64,000 bases of DNA from Lingula anatina. Taxonomy: Eukaryota; Animalia; Brachiopoda. The position numbers and the translations under genes were made by a program. The notes below the pieces were generated by a model, which did no database searches, had not been told where the DNA came from, and was given only the letters and a program-made list of their open reading frames with translations. Below, piece after piece: positions 38,801 through 51,900 of this stretch. The stretch lies in contig CM120640.1 of assembly GCA_051362555.1 (NCBI GenBank), positions 9,734,001-9,798,000 of the forward strand. The letters are read 5' to 3'. The first letter of the stretch is position 1, and each line of letters opens with the position of its first letter.

Positions 38801-41800
38801 CGTTTCAAGGACTTGTGCTTTTCACGGCTTTTTATTTCACAGAGAAATTGTAAGGAGACATGCTTTATCAATTGATAGATATTTTCAATTGGTAAAGTAT
38901 ATCAACTGATATACATTTTCAATTGATATACTTTATCAATTGAAAATATCTATCTCCACTGTCAGAACATATCATTGTGAAAGAGTTGAGTATGAGTGTG
39001 GGACAACATGTGCGTAGAACATAATGTATTACCCCCTTGATTTTCTCTTTTTTTATTTGGCATTTTCTACAGTCTTGTCAACACGATAACAACATCAACA
39101 AACACAGTAAGGACATGTCGTGTGCATATCGAACACAAAAGTATACTTATGACCACGCGCGAGTATACTTGTTGTCTCTCAGTAGGTTAGAATGGTACTT
39201 TCTCAGTATAGAAAATTCTAACAAGAACAACTTCGCAAAACAAAGAGACCCTCCAACGTACAGGGTGACTAAAAACGTCAGTACCGGAGACTTATATAGT
39301 GGAAAATCTCTCTTCAGCCCTCGTAGTGTATATATCTATTCATGACTTTATTATAGAAACAAGTAGATACACGTACAGAGGTTTTTCACAACACTTACTA
39401 GTATGCCGCGAGGTTTTTATAAGACCATTTTCGCCTTAAGAGTGGATAACCTAAGGACAGATCTACAAGTATCAGATAAGTGATAAAAACGCTTTATGTT
39501 AGAAAACTCATACTCATCAATACATAAGTTTGATGTAGATACAAAACAAAAAATGTCACAAAGTCTTTTACTATCTTGCGTGCCAGTTGGATTTTAAAAA
39601 TCGTTGTCCTGTGTAATTTTTTTAATTAGAAAACTTAAGATTAAAATTCAATTTGGTTGCTGCGTCAAACTCCAAACTGATACATTGATTCACTATCATG
39701 TGAATTTAATGGGCATTGGTTCAAGTCGAACATATTTCCGTGTTTATGTCAACATCAGTTGTCTGTCGTGTTTTTTAAGGCCTCTACCTGACCTGACCCA
39801 GTAAACTAATGACCGAGGTCATCATATAAGTCTATAGGTTGACAAACACCTTCGGACAAAATGTAATAAAACGTTTAAGTTTTCGGGGTTTGCGTGACGG
39901 TCTGAAAAAAAAGTAAAAATGAATTTTGTTTTTGAGAGAGAATAGTTATGAAATTGAAAAAAAAAGCCGGAGACATTTGATATTTGTGACAGGAATTTCG
40001 ATACACTCCTTCGAAACTACTGTCATCATTTGATTAAAAATCAATTCTTTGGGTAAATACCACTTCTTTATTGTGGTGTTTTATTAGAACTGTATTATAA
40101 ATTACCTTTTGAATTCCTAAAAAATTGATAAGCACATTTCCTTTTAAAAAATTGAAATTCATAAATATCATAAATTACCGCTTCCGTTTCATTGAAGAGT
40201 ACATGTTATTTTAATTTTTGTTATCTACAGTATGCTATATCTGAGATGAGTATTATGACTTAATTATTTCCATATTACTTGTATCAGTCTAAATCCTAGA
40301 TTTCTTACGTAAATAGCAAAGTAGACAGGAACACGGAATCTGCGTGTCACCACGATGTCGATCTCGTGTCTTCTCATGTTGCGTGAAACTGCTGGCAAAC
40401 TGCGATAAGTACTCCCTACTCAACTTAATCCGTTTACAACGCCGCTTTGACAAATCGGTGTAGAGTGTCACGTCTTTAGTATCAATCGATCCCTCCTCCA
40501 ACGTCCGCCCAATTATTTCATTATTTTAGAACCATTTAGGGGCACTCATGTTCAAACAATACAACAGTAATGTGAACATTCCAGACACGTCGGTGACGCA
40601 CACAATTTGTGGAAAAGTTGCAGACTTCGCTCATTATTTATACTACTGTTCCCTCCAATATAGAAAGAAGTCAGCTGTAATTCAAAAGTGCACATTTTTG
40701 TATAATGTCCAGAATATCTGCGTTACCTTATAATTTCACATTTGGTACGTTTATACAATTACATGACTAATGGAGTTTACAGACAATTGCCACGAAACCG
40801 TTTGGCCTTAGTTTGCCCATCGCATGTAGCTAACCGCCAATAAGACCATTTAATAAGGAGTAGAAGGTTAGTAATGACTTCACCTTCTTCAGGCGCCCGT
40901 TTACATTTTTCCTCAGTAGACTAGATTATAAAATGTTTACTACCCGATGTTTACTACTCAATGTGTGAAGGCTGTTACTTTAACTTTAGCCACGGCATAA
41001 TTTTGTTCAATACAGTGGAAAGTTGTAAAATTTTGCTGTTTATGCCGAAAAAAAATACAGTCCATATCATGCTTATTGTGATCTATGGTGAGAATTGGCC
41101 ATAAATACGAAGCAATATGTTAAAAATTGTGAATGACAGGTCCGTTACGACCATCCAACAGCCGTCTCTGTGTGTGGGTAGGTATAGGAATATCAACAAT
41201 ATTGATGCCAGAGAACTGAGTCATTTCGACATTCTGCTTCTGCTTTAATCATTTCACAATGAACAATTTCCTCCGTATAATTTTGCATTAGCAATGATTG
41301 CTTTTTCTTTTTTATAATAGGAACACTGACCGTAAAACCGCCACTGTGACAATGCATAATAAAATACAATTTCCAACAATTACCGCTGAGTATACTGAAC
41401 AATGTTTTATTATTGTAAACAAACACAACACTACGTTAGAACAGTGGGTATTGTACCGAAACATTTAGATGTCAAATATAAACAAGTACACGTTTTGTGT
41501 TCTTTGTTAGACACTGGTTCAAAAAAAAAGAACAGCAACAATAGCTGTCCTTGCCGTCCCTGCTTATTTTGACCCAGGTTATCACTTCAGAAACAGTAAA
41601 CAGGATTTTCATTGCCTTAACACCCACTTTTTCTTTGATAATCTGTTCTCATTTCCAAAGGCAAGACAAGAAATGCCATCACTACCCTTTTCTTAAAATT
41701 GCATTTTCAAGCGAGCATAGGTAACGAAGAATGCACGTCCACGTATCTATTCAATTTGTTTAAAACAAGTGAAAAAAAAGAAGTGGTCTTGAAATAGATA

Positions 41801-43373
41801 CTCATCGGGTATTTTTGAATTTGAAATTCGATAGAGTGACAGTCGGTAAGTTTTTTTTAGTATTGAGGGCCCAGGGGAAATTACTTGTATCGTTTATCGC
41901 CAAAATCCCTAGAAGTTGTCTTTAAAGCGCTGTTAAAGGGTCATATCAAGGGGCTAAATACAGAGAAGGGAAATCATAACTTTTAAGCGAGTTCGACACA
42001 TGTTTACCTACTTTATTTTACAATAAAATATCTTAATTAATAACTCGGTAACTACATGATCTTTTCATATCGAGCGGTATTCTTGGGTGATACAATATGT
42101 ACCGGTACACTATGAGGGACCCTAAACCGTAAAAACGCAATAGATATATTAACTCCCTTTTACAAGTTCTAAACAAGTGCGCTTTCTACTGTGTATTTTA
42201 ATCAATAATGTATTTGGTCGTGTCGAGTGCGGAAATTCCGTTGGTTGCCTCTCTTACCCCAATTTCTCAAAGTGTATCGGTAAAGGCTGTTCGATAAAGT
42301 AGGCCTATGTGAAAAGGGCCTATATTAAATGAGATACAATATACAGATATTACACCATTGGTTCCTACACGTAAAAGAGCACGTATGGTAAACAGGTCAC
42401 ATGCAAGCACATGCATACAGTCCAATTCCGACCATAATCTAATACATTATGCACCACCTCCAGTGAGGCGTTCGTGTTAGGTTTGTACTTAGTTCAGCGG
42501 GCGCGTGTATCTAGGCTCTCTGTTCGAATGATTTTTTTAATATACATAAGAAATCAAAGATGACCAAACAGTGTGTTTGTTACAACAATCTGCCTTGTTA
42601 TTAAAATAAAACAGAGAAAACAGACACCAGAAAGCTTATTGATGCACTGCGTCTAATTAAACCAAGGCAATATCTGTAAATTGATGTTTCACACGTATTT
42701 GCTCCTTGCGTAAGCCACGTTGTATAAATAAAAACAACGCGTCATTGACCCCCACGCCCTCATGCCCTGCCAATGAAGCATTAATTTCTATGGCCGCAGT
42801 CCACCCAGGTCGTATCTCAACGTTCCTAATATAACAAACTTACTTACAATGGCCCCAGTTCTTTTTAAACGACAGGTTTACCTTTCGGTAAATACTGTGG
42901 TGTAGCTGCACCGAGCCACTAGTGAATGTAGTTGTTATCATCACGGTTTGTTATGTAATTAATATGTGCATTTCTACGTGTGTTTGCACTGGAACTTTCA
43001 CGTGTTTGCTTGTGCAAATGCAAGAGTCAACAAGTGTACCATCTATGCTTTACACATAAAGTTACAATAGCAATTTCTTCCGTGGCTTAACTCAGATGTA
43101 TTTCCCCAAATATTTCAGTGTCTGCAAGACGAGAAGCTTTCTACCTATACTTTAGATTTTTACCTTTTTTTTACAATTATGATACGTGCCATAACACAAC
43201 CCACCTACAAATGAAGACTGGATACAAAATACTGTTTTTGAAAACATGCAACGCAAGTTTAGAGCTCTAAATTATATCAACCAGTGTATCGTCTACATGG
43301 TATCATATTTGTAGCACTGATTAATTCAACAGCAATTTTGTTGTTTATAACACGTACAAAACTCGTAAATGAG

Positions 43374-43421
<48 letters not shown>

Positions 43422-46400
43422 TCGTTTGATACAGAAAACTGTGGTTCATTTACTAATAATTGGAGAATATTGAGAATGACAGATCAATTTTTGCTAAGTA
43501 TGATGAATAAGGTATCGAATTGTCAACATTTAAGGCACCATTTGAAAACCAACTGAAGACGGAGAATCGCAAAAGATTTTAAACATCAACTTGTACGAGG
43601 CTGGCGATACGTATAGAGGAAGAACACCTCGGGTCTGACGTGAATTTATTCCCAGCGGTAAAATCTATTATCACAAGCTCCACTGTAGGCACATATCATA
43701 ATTGCTCAAGGTTAAAACGGAAACAAAAGTAATAAAACAGAGAGAAAATGATAGAAAACTTCGACCCCGTAAAAGTAACTCTTCCAGAATCGATTTTCGC
43801 AATGTAGCACTAAGAGCAAACTGTTTCCTTCGGTCATTTATTTTATGACAGCAAGTAATAACGCGCTAAGGTTAAATAACCCTAAGTTTCCGGTACATTA
43901 AGAAGGGCTGCTGGCAACTTTAAGGGGAAAAAAACAAAAAGAGGTAAAACACCTATGCACCCATTCAATCTTGTGAACATGCAAATGTCGGTGTAAAGAA
44001 TCTGAGGGTCCATGTTATAGATTTCGCCCTACATTAGATTCATACAGGTTAGGGTTAGCGTGACGTGAGCGGGTCAAAAACTAGGGCAAATCAATGGAAC
44101 CGTACCCCGAATCACAGGGGACTCTGTCGTTCATGACACGGGATGCAATTAGGAATATCATTGAGCTGTATGTAAAAACACATTTATAAGATGATGAAGA
44201 GTTATATACTGTACATTCAGGTATTGAACATCGTTTTTGATTAAAAATATATGGGTATATATATTCAAGCAATAAACAGTGGTCATTATTTGACCCAGTT
44301 CTTTTCTTACCTGAAAACCTGAGACTGTAACGAAAAATCAATATATAATTCATAACTTTTTTAGGGATTTGTATATTTATTTCCATGTCCCTTGAATTTC
44401 ACTTTTGTGACATACATGTAACATGAATAAATAAATTAATTAAAGGACAGACAATTAATTGAAGAAAATAAAATGATCTTGGTACCTTCGAGCTAGTTGC
44501 ACCGACAGCCCTTGCAATATCATATTACTATTTGTATTTAATTTACCTGTTTAGACTTTCTTTTTCCTCGATTTTTCAAGTAGTGTGACCCTTAAGCTTT
44601 ATACTGTTTTCGGGGAAATGATTCCAATGTCTATTACATTGCCTAAAACCTCGAGTTATGTTTACCATATGCAAAAATATCAATTATAAAGATATAGGTA
44701 AATTTAAAGTAAACCAGTGCCCACCTTCGCCTTTATACGGGCTGGCTATATTAACAATGCACCATGTAAACAAGTGATATTGACAGATTACTACAACCAG
44801 TCCAACTCGCTCTCATAACGCACCATCAGGATTTGAAATTCTAGCATACATATAGTTGATTTTGATGCATATTCTTTTATTCTAAATCTTTCTCAGCTTT
44901 CTGATTATTTTTCTTTCAGTTTCTTTACAGTTACTTTACAGTTCTTAATTTTCCGTCTTATTACACAATCATCTACAGGATGTCTCTCTTTTCCTAACCA
45001 CATCCTTCTCTTTAAGAGTAATAACAGAAAGTCTAGAATAAAATTGATTCTCAGGCCCCTGGACTAGCTAGGAAGTGAGACAGGTTTACGTGATAAGAGC
45101 TCCTGGCTGCTGGGATATCAGACAGATATTGAATTATGCAATCTCAATGTTCCCGGATCGAAACTTATAACTATCTTATCCGTAACTTGGTCGAATAGGA
45201 CTAGACGTGCAGGCTACGCGCAAGTCCATGTTTCACCTGCACTTAAATGTGAGGACAAACGCGCAAAATAATTTATTTATGCTTTATGTACTCTTCTCCG
45301 CATCAGTAAATGAGCAATCATTCCGGCTAATTTCTATGTGATAGTAAACAAAATAGTTTTGTGTGCTTATGATATATTTTTCTATTGAAATGACACTTTG
45401 GCTGCTTCTATTTTTCTATAACATGTGCGACCTTCTATCACCTACACTTATTACCATCCCCTATATCACACTGAAAGTAAACGCCGTCTCTTAATAAGCT
45501 GTGACGTACAGTGCACAGCTGCCTTCGTCTAGAACGACCGAAAATAATTAATAAACAATGAAGCGAAGTTTATATGTGTGTTATTTGATGTCGCCTTGTC
45601 ATTTAAAACCATATTGTCTAGCTTGTGTGAGATTGATCTTGAATAACCCGGACACATATATGTACATAATTGGATTCACGCCTCTAGTAATAACGACTTA
45701 AGATTCAGAAGTTCATAAAGTACGGACGACAAGAATGCTTACAAAACAAAACGTCTGCAAGAAAACGTTTGTTCGAACAAGATTGTTTTCGAAGTGAATT
45801 TCTTTGAACATACACCTGCACAGAGTTAAAATGTACCGAGAAGCGTATCACCGAAAACACATGTGGGTATTGGGTACCCTCTACCAGGGCGACTGATAGA
45901 TTTTTACGGATATTCACTATCTAGCTAGAGACATATCTGTGAATATCCGTAAAAATCTATCAGTCACCCTGGTAGAGGCTAGGTATTGGGTAAGGTATTT
46001 TGTACTGGTAGTAAAGGTGTCGATAATTTCAACGACACAGCATCGCCTCAGATTCACGACTGGCTGATGATTGGAGTGTTAGGATAAACAGTGTTCATGA
46101 AATGTAAAGCCAAATCTTACGACGAATATAAGTACACAAAACACATGGGCACTCAGAGAGAGAGAGAGAGAGAAGGGAGGATGGTGAGGGAGATGGCGAC
46201 GGTGGGAGGGGAGGAGGAGGAGGATGATAATAGACTGGCTACATGACTTCATGACTTAGACTTTGTAGACTGACCGGCATTACGGATCGATAGATTTTTA
46301 TGTCAAAGGAAAAGTAATAAATACTACAAGTAAATGAAAACGTATATTTGACCTCACACACAAAAATCTGTACGTACTTATTCATGTTATTAAACTCACC

Positions 46401-47081
46401 TTCAGTATACACAGTTGATATGTATGTCCAATTGAACTTCAACACCACGTCCAGCATGGCTTTGGCCTGTAAATTATCTGGAGGGACAACACGTAGAAAA
46501 TATTTATACAGAGATTTGTCGCTTAAATCTTTACTGGTCGCTGCATACCCTATCTGGGGAATATTAAACAGCTGTAGCAAGTTCTGGACTTGAACTGTGA
46601 CGGTGCTGGACCCTGGGCCGATGAGTCCGGCGATGGGTTTGGGGGATTCCTCGTGAACACAGTGCTCTTCTTGGGTCATATTTTCAACGTCGTGGGGTTC
46701 TATGCTCGCGGAGATGGAGTTTTTGATAAAGTCTATGCTTTGTTCAAGAGCCACTGGCGGATACCAGCAAGAATCGCGAATGTCGCATCCCAAGGTGACG
46801 TTCGGTAGTAAAGTAGTATCGTTGTTTATAGCATCCAACGTAAGAAGAAATGCCTCGATACGGTGCATCCCGTACTGTTCCCATATCTCCCCACACTGAC
46901 GAGTGTAAGCGGTCTTCTGGGTAGGTTGACGGTGGACGGGGAATAGAGCCCCTAAAATCACATCTCCGTCGATTGAAATTAATTTCCTCTGCTGACCTAC
47001 ACTGGCCGGAATAGGCGCACAAAGTAGCACTGCCCCTATAGCCCATACTTCCCATAGTAGCTTCATTCGTAAATTTGCCAT
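28356..47081 (-). CDS. GRM5: Group I metabotropic glutamate receptor (GRM1/GRM5-like), about 1318 aa
   Basis: Exons 46400-47081, 35726-35972, 35224-35456, 34036-34288, 33384-33579, 32947-33073, 31718-32606, 30837-30932, 28356-29589 (3957 nt, in frame). Venus-flytrap domain (GALFPVH, YGMHR, GPGSS, GNYG, SDGW, DAKLG), Cys-rich domain (CCWAC) and 7TM. Group I signatures TNRIARIL..KKKIMTKKPRFM, NFNEAKFIGFTMYTTC and SAFTTTKDVRCHIG. Likely co-ortholog of vertebrate GRM1 and GRM5. Confidence 0.95.
29699..29915. repeat. Tandem duplication of (TG)n plus a ~70-bp unique unit
   Basis: Two near-identical copies of (TG)n-TAGCATTTTACCACCCT(C/T)ATAAATTG...TTTTCCACTTAACA. Confidence 0.92.
30837..30932 (-). 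CDS. 96-nt phase-2/phase-2 exon in the mGluR cytoplasmic tail (candidate cassette exon)
   Basis: Acceptor TTTGCTTCGCTCAG|, donor AG|GTACCA. Open frame VSTNFLRRYRFSLDSHDTGSPGTGNSLDELN. Skipping it preserves the frame. Confidence 0.7.
34387..34712. repeat. Diverged tandem duplication of a ~163-bp unit
   Basis: Both copies share TACATTAATACATACAATGTCTACAGTGTACCCTTGGAAGTAAAGCTGG and CCTTTATCAAATCTTTCTAATAAA. Confidence 0.9.
38874..38954. repeat. AT-rich near-perfect palindrome/hairpin
   Basis: GATAGATATTTTCAATTGGTAAAGTATATCAA ... TTGATATACTTTATCAATTGAAAATATCTATC. Confidence 0.85.
43377..43421. repeat. (GA)n microsatellite
   Basis: About 22 GA units with one interruption. Confidence 0.95.
45875..45981. 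mobile_element. 107-bp palindromic non-autonomous DNA transposon with 9-bp TSD (Academ-like)
   Basis: Arms TACCCTCTACCAGGGCGACTGATAGATTTTTACGGATATTCAC / GTGAATATCCGTAAAAATCTATCAGTCACCCTGGTAGAGGCTA. Perfect TSD GGTATTGGG at 45866-45874 and 45982-45990. Confidence 0.85.
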
Positions 47082-47784
47082 GTTTTTCTCCGCGTCATGT
47101 TGCGCGTGTATGGTTTTCAGTAGGATCGGAGCACTTAGGGTCACTAACTGCTTTCAAACGATATGTTTTTAACACAAGTTCAAAAACTCCAGTGCAACAA
47201 CAACGTGAATTAATGAAACTGAAATGTCCCCTATTTCCCATTGCCTTTATCTTGGTCAAACCACGCGGCGAGATCGCTGATATACGCTGCAGCACAAGCC
47301 ACCGGTCGATGCCATGTCTGGTCGTTTGCTTCGAGACACGACAATGGCAGATTGCAATCGGTCAAATCCGTTATTATACCTGTCACTGCTCCAGCTCCTT
47401 AACGTCATCTAATTTCTGTTCGGGCTCATCTCTCATAAAAGATGGATGGTGCGACTGTGCCGCGTTCTCCGTCTTGGTCAGTTTATCACACTGATAACCC
47501 TATGCTGTTTTCATGTGGTCCTTGCCTCGTTTAAATCCGGTGCGTGCTTGGCGGTGTTTGTTTACAGCCGCGTGTTATGCATGGAGAATTTGGTGTCCCA
47601 TAAGGTTTTCCCTCGACTCCCGGTGAGTGTATAGTACAAATCCACCACTTGCAGTGTATTCTACACCCGGTTCACATCAGTTGTTCTTTTCAGAAGCATG
47701 TATTATTGAATCGGTCCTTGCTGTAGTGTATTGGTCACTCGCTTTGTTTGATCGCACAGTGAACTTTGACCTCCAGTCTTGTAG
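47082..47784 (-). other. Long 5' UTR part of the first coding exon of mGluR
   Basis: Acceptor CTTTTTATTGTAG| ending at 47785, with exon-like base composition up to the ATG. Upstream non-coding exon(s) not located. Confidence 0.5.
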
Positions 47785-48716
47785 CTACAATAAAAAGTAT
47801 TGATGAATAGGTTAAGGTAAATGTCGCTGCCAGATCTTTATTCAATAATATTTTAAAGCGTGTCCCTGCTATTTGTACTTTGTAGCTACACGAACTTGAA
47901 CGCGATATGGTCTCTTAATGCTTGGTGCGTGATTAATGTTATTAATACCGGTAAGCTTGACGAGAGAATAAACCGTGACGGCAACCGCGGAGCTTAAAAT
48001 TAATAAGGCGGAGTACAGTGTGTACAACAAACCTTATAGCTTCCAGGCGAATTACATGTTCTCTTATCTTTCTATTTTTCTTAGTTGGTTCTATTGTACT
48101 ACATGTATGATGCATTTACGATTTCCAGAGGTGAGGTGATAGCATAATAATAATAATAAACACAACATGAAGTATTAACTATCAAAGAACTGATGGTACA
48201 AAGAGTTTGTCCTCAATCCAACGCTATAATGTCTTCAGTGTTAAAAATATCCCTCTTCTGACGCTTTCATGACCGCAAGCGTGACCACATTCAAATATAA
48301 CCAATCAGAAAACTGAGCTACATGCATTGGTCATACCCTGTAAGCCCATATCAATAAAATTAACCCCGGCTCGTGCGATGCGTCAATAATCTCCCCTGCA
48401 AAGTGACCGACTGCCGTGAGTATATAATAGTCGACAGGCACTGTCGTGACAGACCGTCACGCTGAACCTCCATAAATATCTATGGAAGCTCCATTATCAA
48501 ATCAAATTAAGATATTATAACGGGGCTTATATTCAGTACAATAGTGTATAACATTTCATGAAAATGGCCACCGAAAAATGAAATAAGAATAATAAATGAC
48601 CATTTCTCTTATTAATATACTGTGTATCTATTTACCCATTGTTAGAATTATAAAAACACTGGTCAAGATATTAAAATACGGCTGCTTCTTTGCAATTGAT
48701 ATACTGTGTCAATGTA

Positions 48717-48975
48717 CACACAATGGACAATAGAAGTGTCACCCCCTAAATCAGAGTAATCAAATAATAATCAAGTAATCAATAATCAAAGTAGGCAGAT
48801 CTTGCGCAGTTATAATGCCTGGTTTACTGTTTTTTTTTTTTTTTTTTTTTTTTTTTGTTTTTTTTTGTGAAATTTGATGTTAATAAAATGATACCAGGAG
48901 CATATCATTCCACAGTCATTTATCTCCCCCAAAGTATTGGTTCAGTAGGGTGACACTTCTATTGTCCATTGTGTG
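48717..48975. mobile_element. Tc1/mariner-type MITE with TA target duplication
   Basis: Perfect 28-bp TIR CACACAATGGACAATAGAAGTGTCACCC / GGGTGACACTTCTATTGTCCATTGTGTG, TA on both sides, internal poly-T. Confidence 0.85.
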
Positions 48976-51900
48976 TACATGTTTAAAGACCGGGTTATTG
49001 CGTTCTGTTGCATTCATGTTCTATTCAAATACTTAACATTTCTATCAGCAAGTTATCAGAGAGTTTATAAACATCTTTATTATGGATGAAAAATGAATGA
49101 CAAATTAGAATCACAACTGAAAAATAGAGACCTAGATTAAAACTTCAGAAATATTGATATGACAAGATATACAGCCATAATGGATAAGGTCATTTTTATA
49201 CGAAAAGAAATTTCTATATCTTTCGCTTTCACACGAAAAAAGAGAAAGTAGTTTAACAAAATTTCATTTTTATGCGAAAATGACGAATCAAGTCTGGCTT
49301 TGTTTACTAGAGGAGTATGGACATTAAATTTTATATCAGCTTCAGTGTTTTTCTAAAGAAAACAATGGTTAAATTTTGTTTTACTCTGTTTTATGGTTAA
49401 TTGGTTTGTGACTTTGGAGTCACTTCCTATCATTAAATTATGTGAAAACCAGACGCCATCTTACTAGTTAATTAGCAGCCATAGCAGTATCCAACCGGCT
49501 TTCCAGAGTAAAAGAAAATCTTTTGTAACCTTTTTGTTCCCTCCCTCTCTCACTCTCTCAATTCAAATTCAATTACCAAGCCGCTATTCTAATAGATGGA
49601 ACTGATATATCTCTTGTTATGATGGTGGTGATAATTTCCGCTCTATTAGCAAATGGCCCTTCTTTCTAATTTCCTTCGCTCCGTCTTCATATTGTCTTAT
49701 CATTCATTTCCTGAAGTTACTTATAATAGCTTGATCAATTTGATTTCCATGCAAATCACACTGAGAATAAATAAACTTAGACCATTTATCCCAGTTCTCT
49801 TGCACTCTATTGTCTCCTTACGCTTTTTTCTAATATAATTCTTTCACCCTAGCAGACTGCCTGACTATCTATGCATATATCTCACGTCTTTTAAGTCCAA
49901 TCCTTTGCGTTTTTTTTTAATTCGTTTTTATTCATCGCTCCTTTTTTACCCTTTTCTTAAATGAAAATTAATCTGAACCTGCTTAATATCATCTGCCGTA
50001 TTCTCAATTAAAATTTATGTAACTTAATTTTAAAAAAAGACGATCGGTGATGATGAAATATACATCTATCTCTCTGTATAGATTGCCACAGATTCACAAA
50101 TCAATTCATATTTGCAGGGACGTTTTGACATTCAATTTCGTTGGCTTATCTATTCATTTATCATTTGATTTGCTTTTGAAATAGTGAGGCAGTGGATCCA
50201 CGATAAAGTATTTTAAACGATTATAACCATAATGAGACTCCATCGCCATTAAGTGACTGGCGAGCCAGGGATTTTACTGATGGGGGAGGGGGGGGGGTGA
50301 AAACAATAGAAGAGGACAATATCAGCACTATAGTATATGATGCTCTTGTCTGACGCACGGAGTTGCAAAATAACCTGGTATTGATTCGTATCGCTGTTTT
50401 TTTCGAGAAAGGGAGAGAAGGATTACTTCATAAGCTAAAAGAGTACACGCTGTGCCCCCACCCCCAGCCCCCGACCCGCCACTGTAGTGCTGAACATATC
50501 CAAATGTCTAAGAAGTAGCTAAGCATTCTGGCAAATTTGACATATCAGTTTTGAGAAACTTCACACGTCCCAACGCCATACAATCGCCGAAACTCACATA
50601 TTTTCTTTTTAGTCCTATTATATTGAAGAGATTTATAGCATTAACACTATTTTGATCGAAATGTTACATAGTCAGTATATGTCGGAAAAGGGAGGGTGTG
50701 ATTTTTGTAGTTGCTAGACACCGTTACTTTTCAATATTTTTTTTTATATTAAATAGTTATCACTGGATCCAGAAGACTGGAGTGATGAATACTCAACACC
50801 ATCCATTGATTAAAGACTTACAATGTGACTAGAAATAACGCTTAGAATACAGAGCGGGTGTTGTATATGTAAGAGTGACGTCAACCCTTAGATGTATTCT
50901 CATTAACAATCCACAGTGTCAGTGATCATCCCATCAGAAGCTGTTTACAGTATTCTGCAATCAAATCCAAGTTGGAGAAAGCACTGAAGGAGGAGTCTTG
51001 GTAACAGCTATCCTATTATGCATCTACCTTTCTCTCTCCTGAACTTTCCGATGACACATTAATTGGGGTCATGTTGTTTTTGTTATTTAAAAATAATTAA
51101 TCTAGCTGAAGTATATTTAACATTAACATTAATAGCTTGTAAAAGAATTTCTTTCATATTCCATCCTTGTGTGTATGGTCTTAAGTGGTATGTGGGACAG
51201 TCTGCTTCAGACGACAGTTGGGCAGAGGCCAATTCCTTGCCTGTTTATAACGTTTTTATTCGAGTGACAAAGTTCATCAACATCTTCATGTGTTTGTCAA
51301 CTGTCACAGGCAGACTAGAGAGCACTCCAGTGCAGACCTTCGGGACGGTAAAGGCAATTAACGTTCATTAATTATTTGAAGACCCAGATCCAGTTTGAAT
51401 CAGATAAAACCATTTCTTTCCCACCGGGATAACTGTCTATCGTGTATATTTTAACATTTTGAAAATAACTTAGTGAGACATCTCGTCCGCTACCAATTGA
51501 CAAATAGACCCGATTAAATCACTGATAACTACCTCAAGTGCACTTTTAAACGTCACATCTATGGTTTTAGTTGATATGGGTTCCGTTTATTGTATCCAAG
51601 CGAAATAACTGTTTTTATAATCACGACCCAATTGATAAGAACAGAAATAATCAGAATAAGCTGCCAAAAACGAAAGTGAAGGTATGTAAATTTCTATTAA
51701 CAGCAACCTAACATGTATTACTCTTCGATGACTTTTTGAAAAGAACAGAAATCGTCAGAAATAAGCCGTCAAAAGTTGGGTATTTCACTAGAGTTTCTTT
51801 CAGCAACTTTTTGGCAATGACTGTAAGTGTTAAAAAGCCTTTATTCCTTACACACCTATCAGCCGTAACAAGTACTTTCAACTTTCACAGAAGACCTGAT

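Noticed and set aside
40289-40501. 70-aa CpG-rich ORF in mGluR intron 1
   Set aside because: No splice context or recognisable motif.
46060-46112. CTGATGA...GAAA hammerhead-like core
   Set aside because: Stems II and III do not form convincingly.
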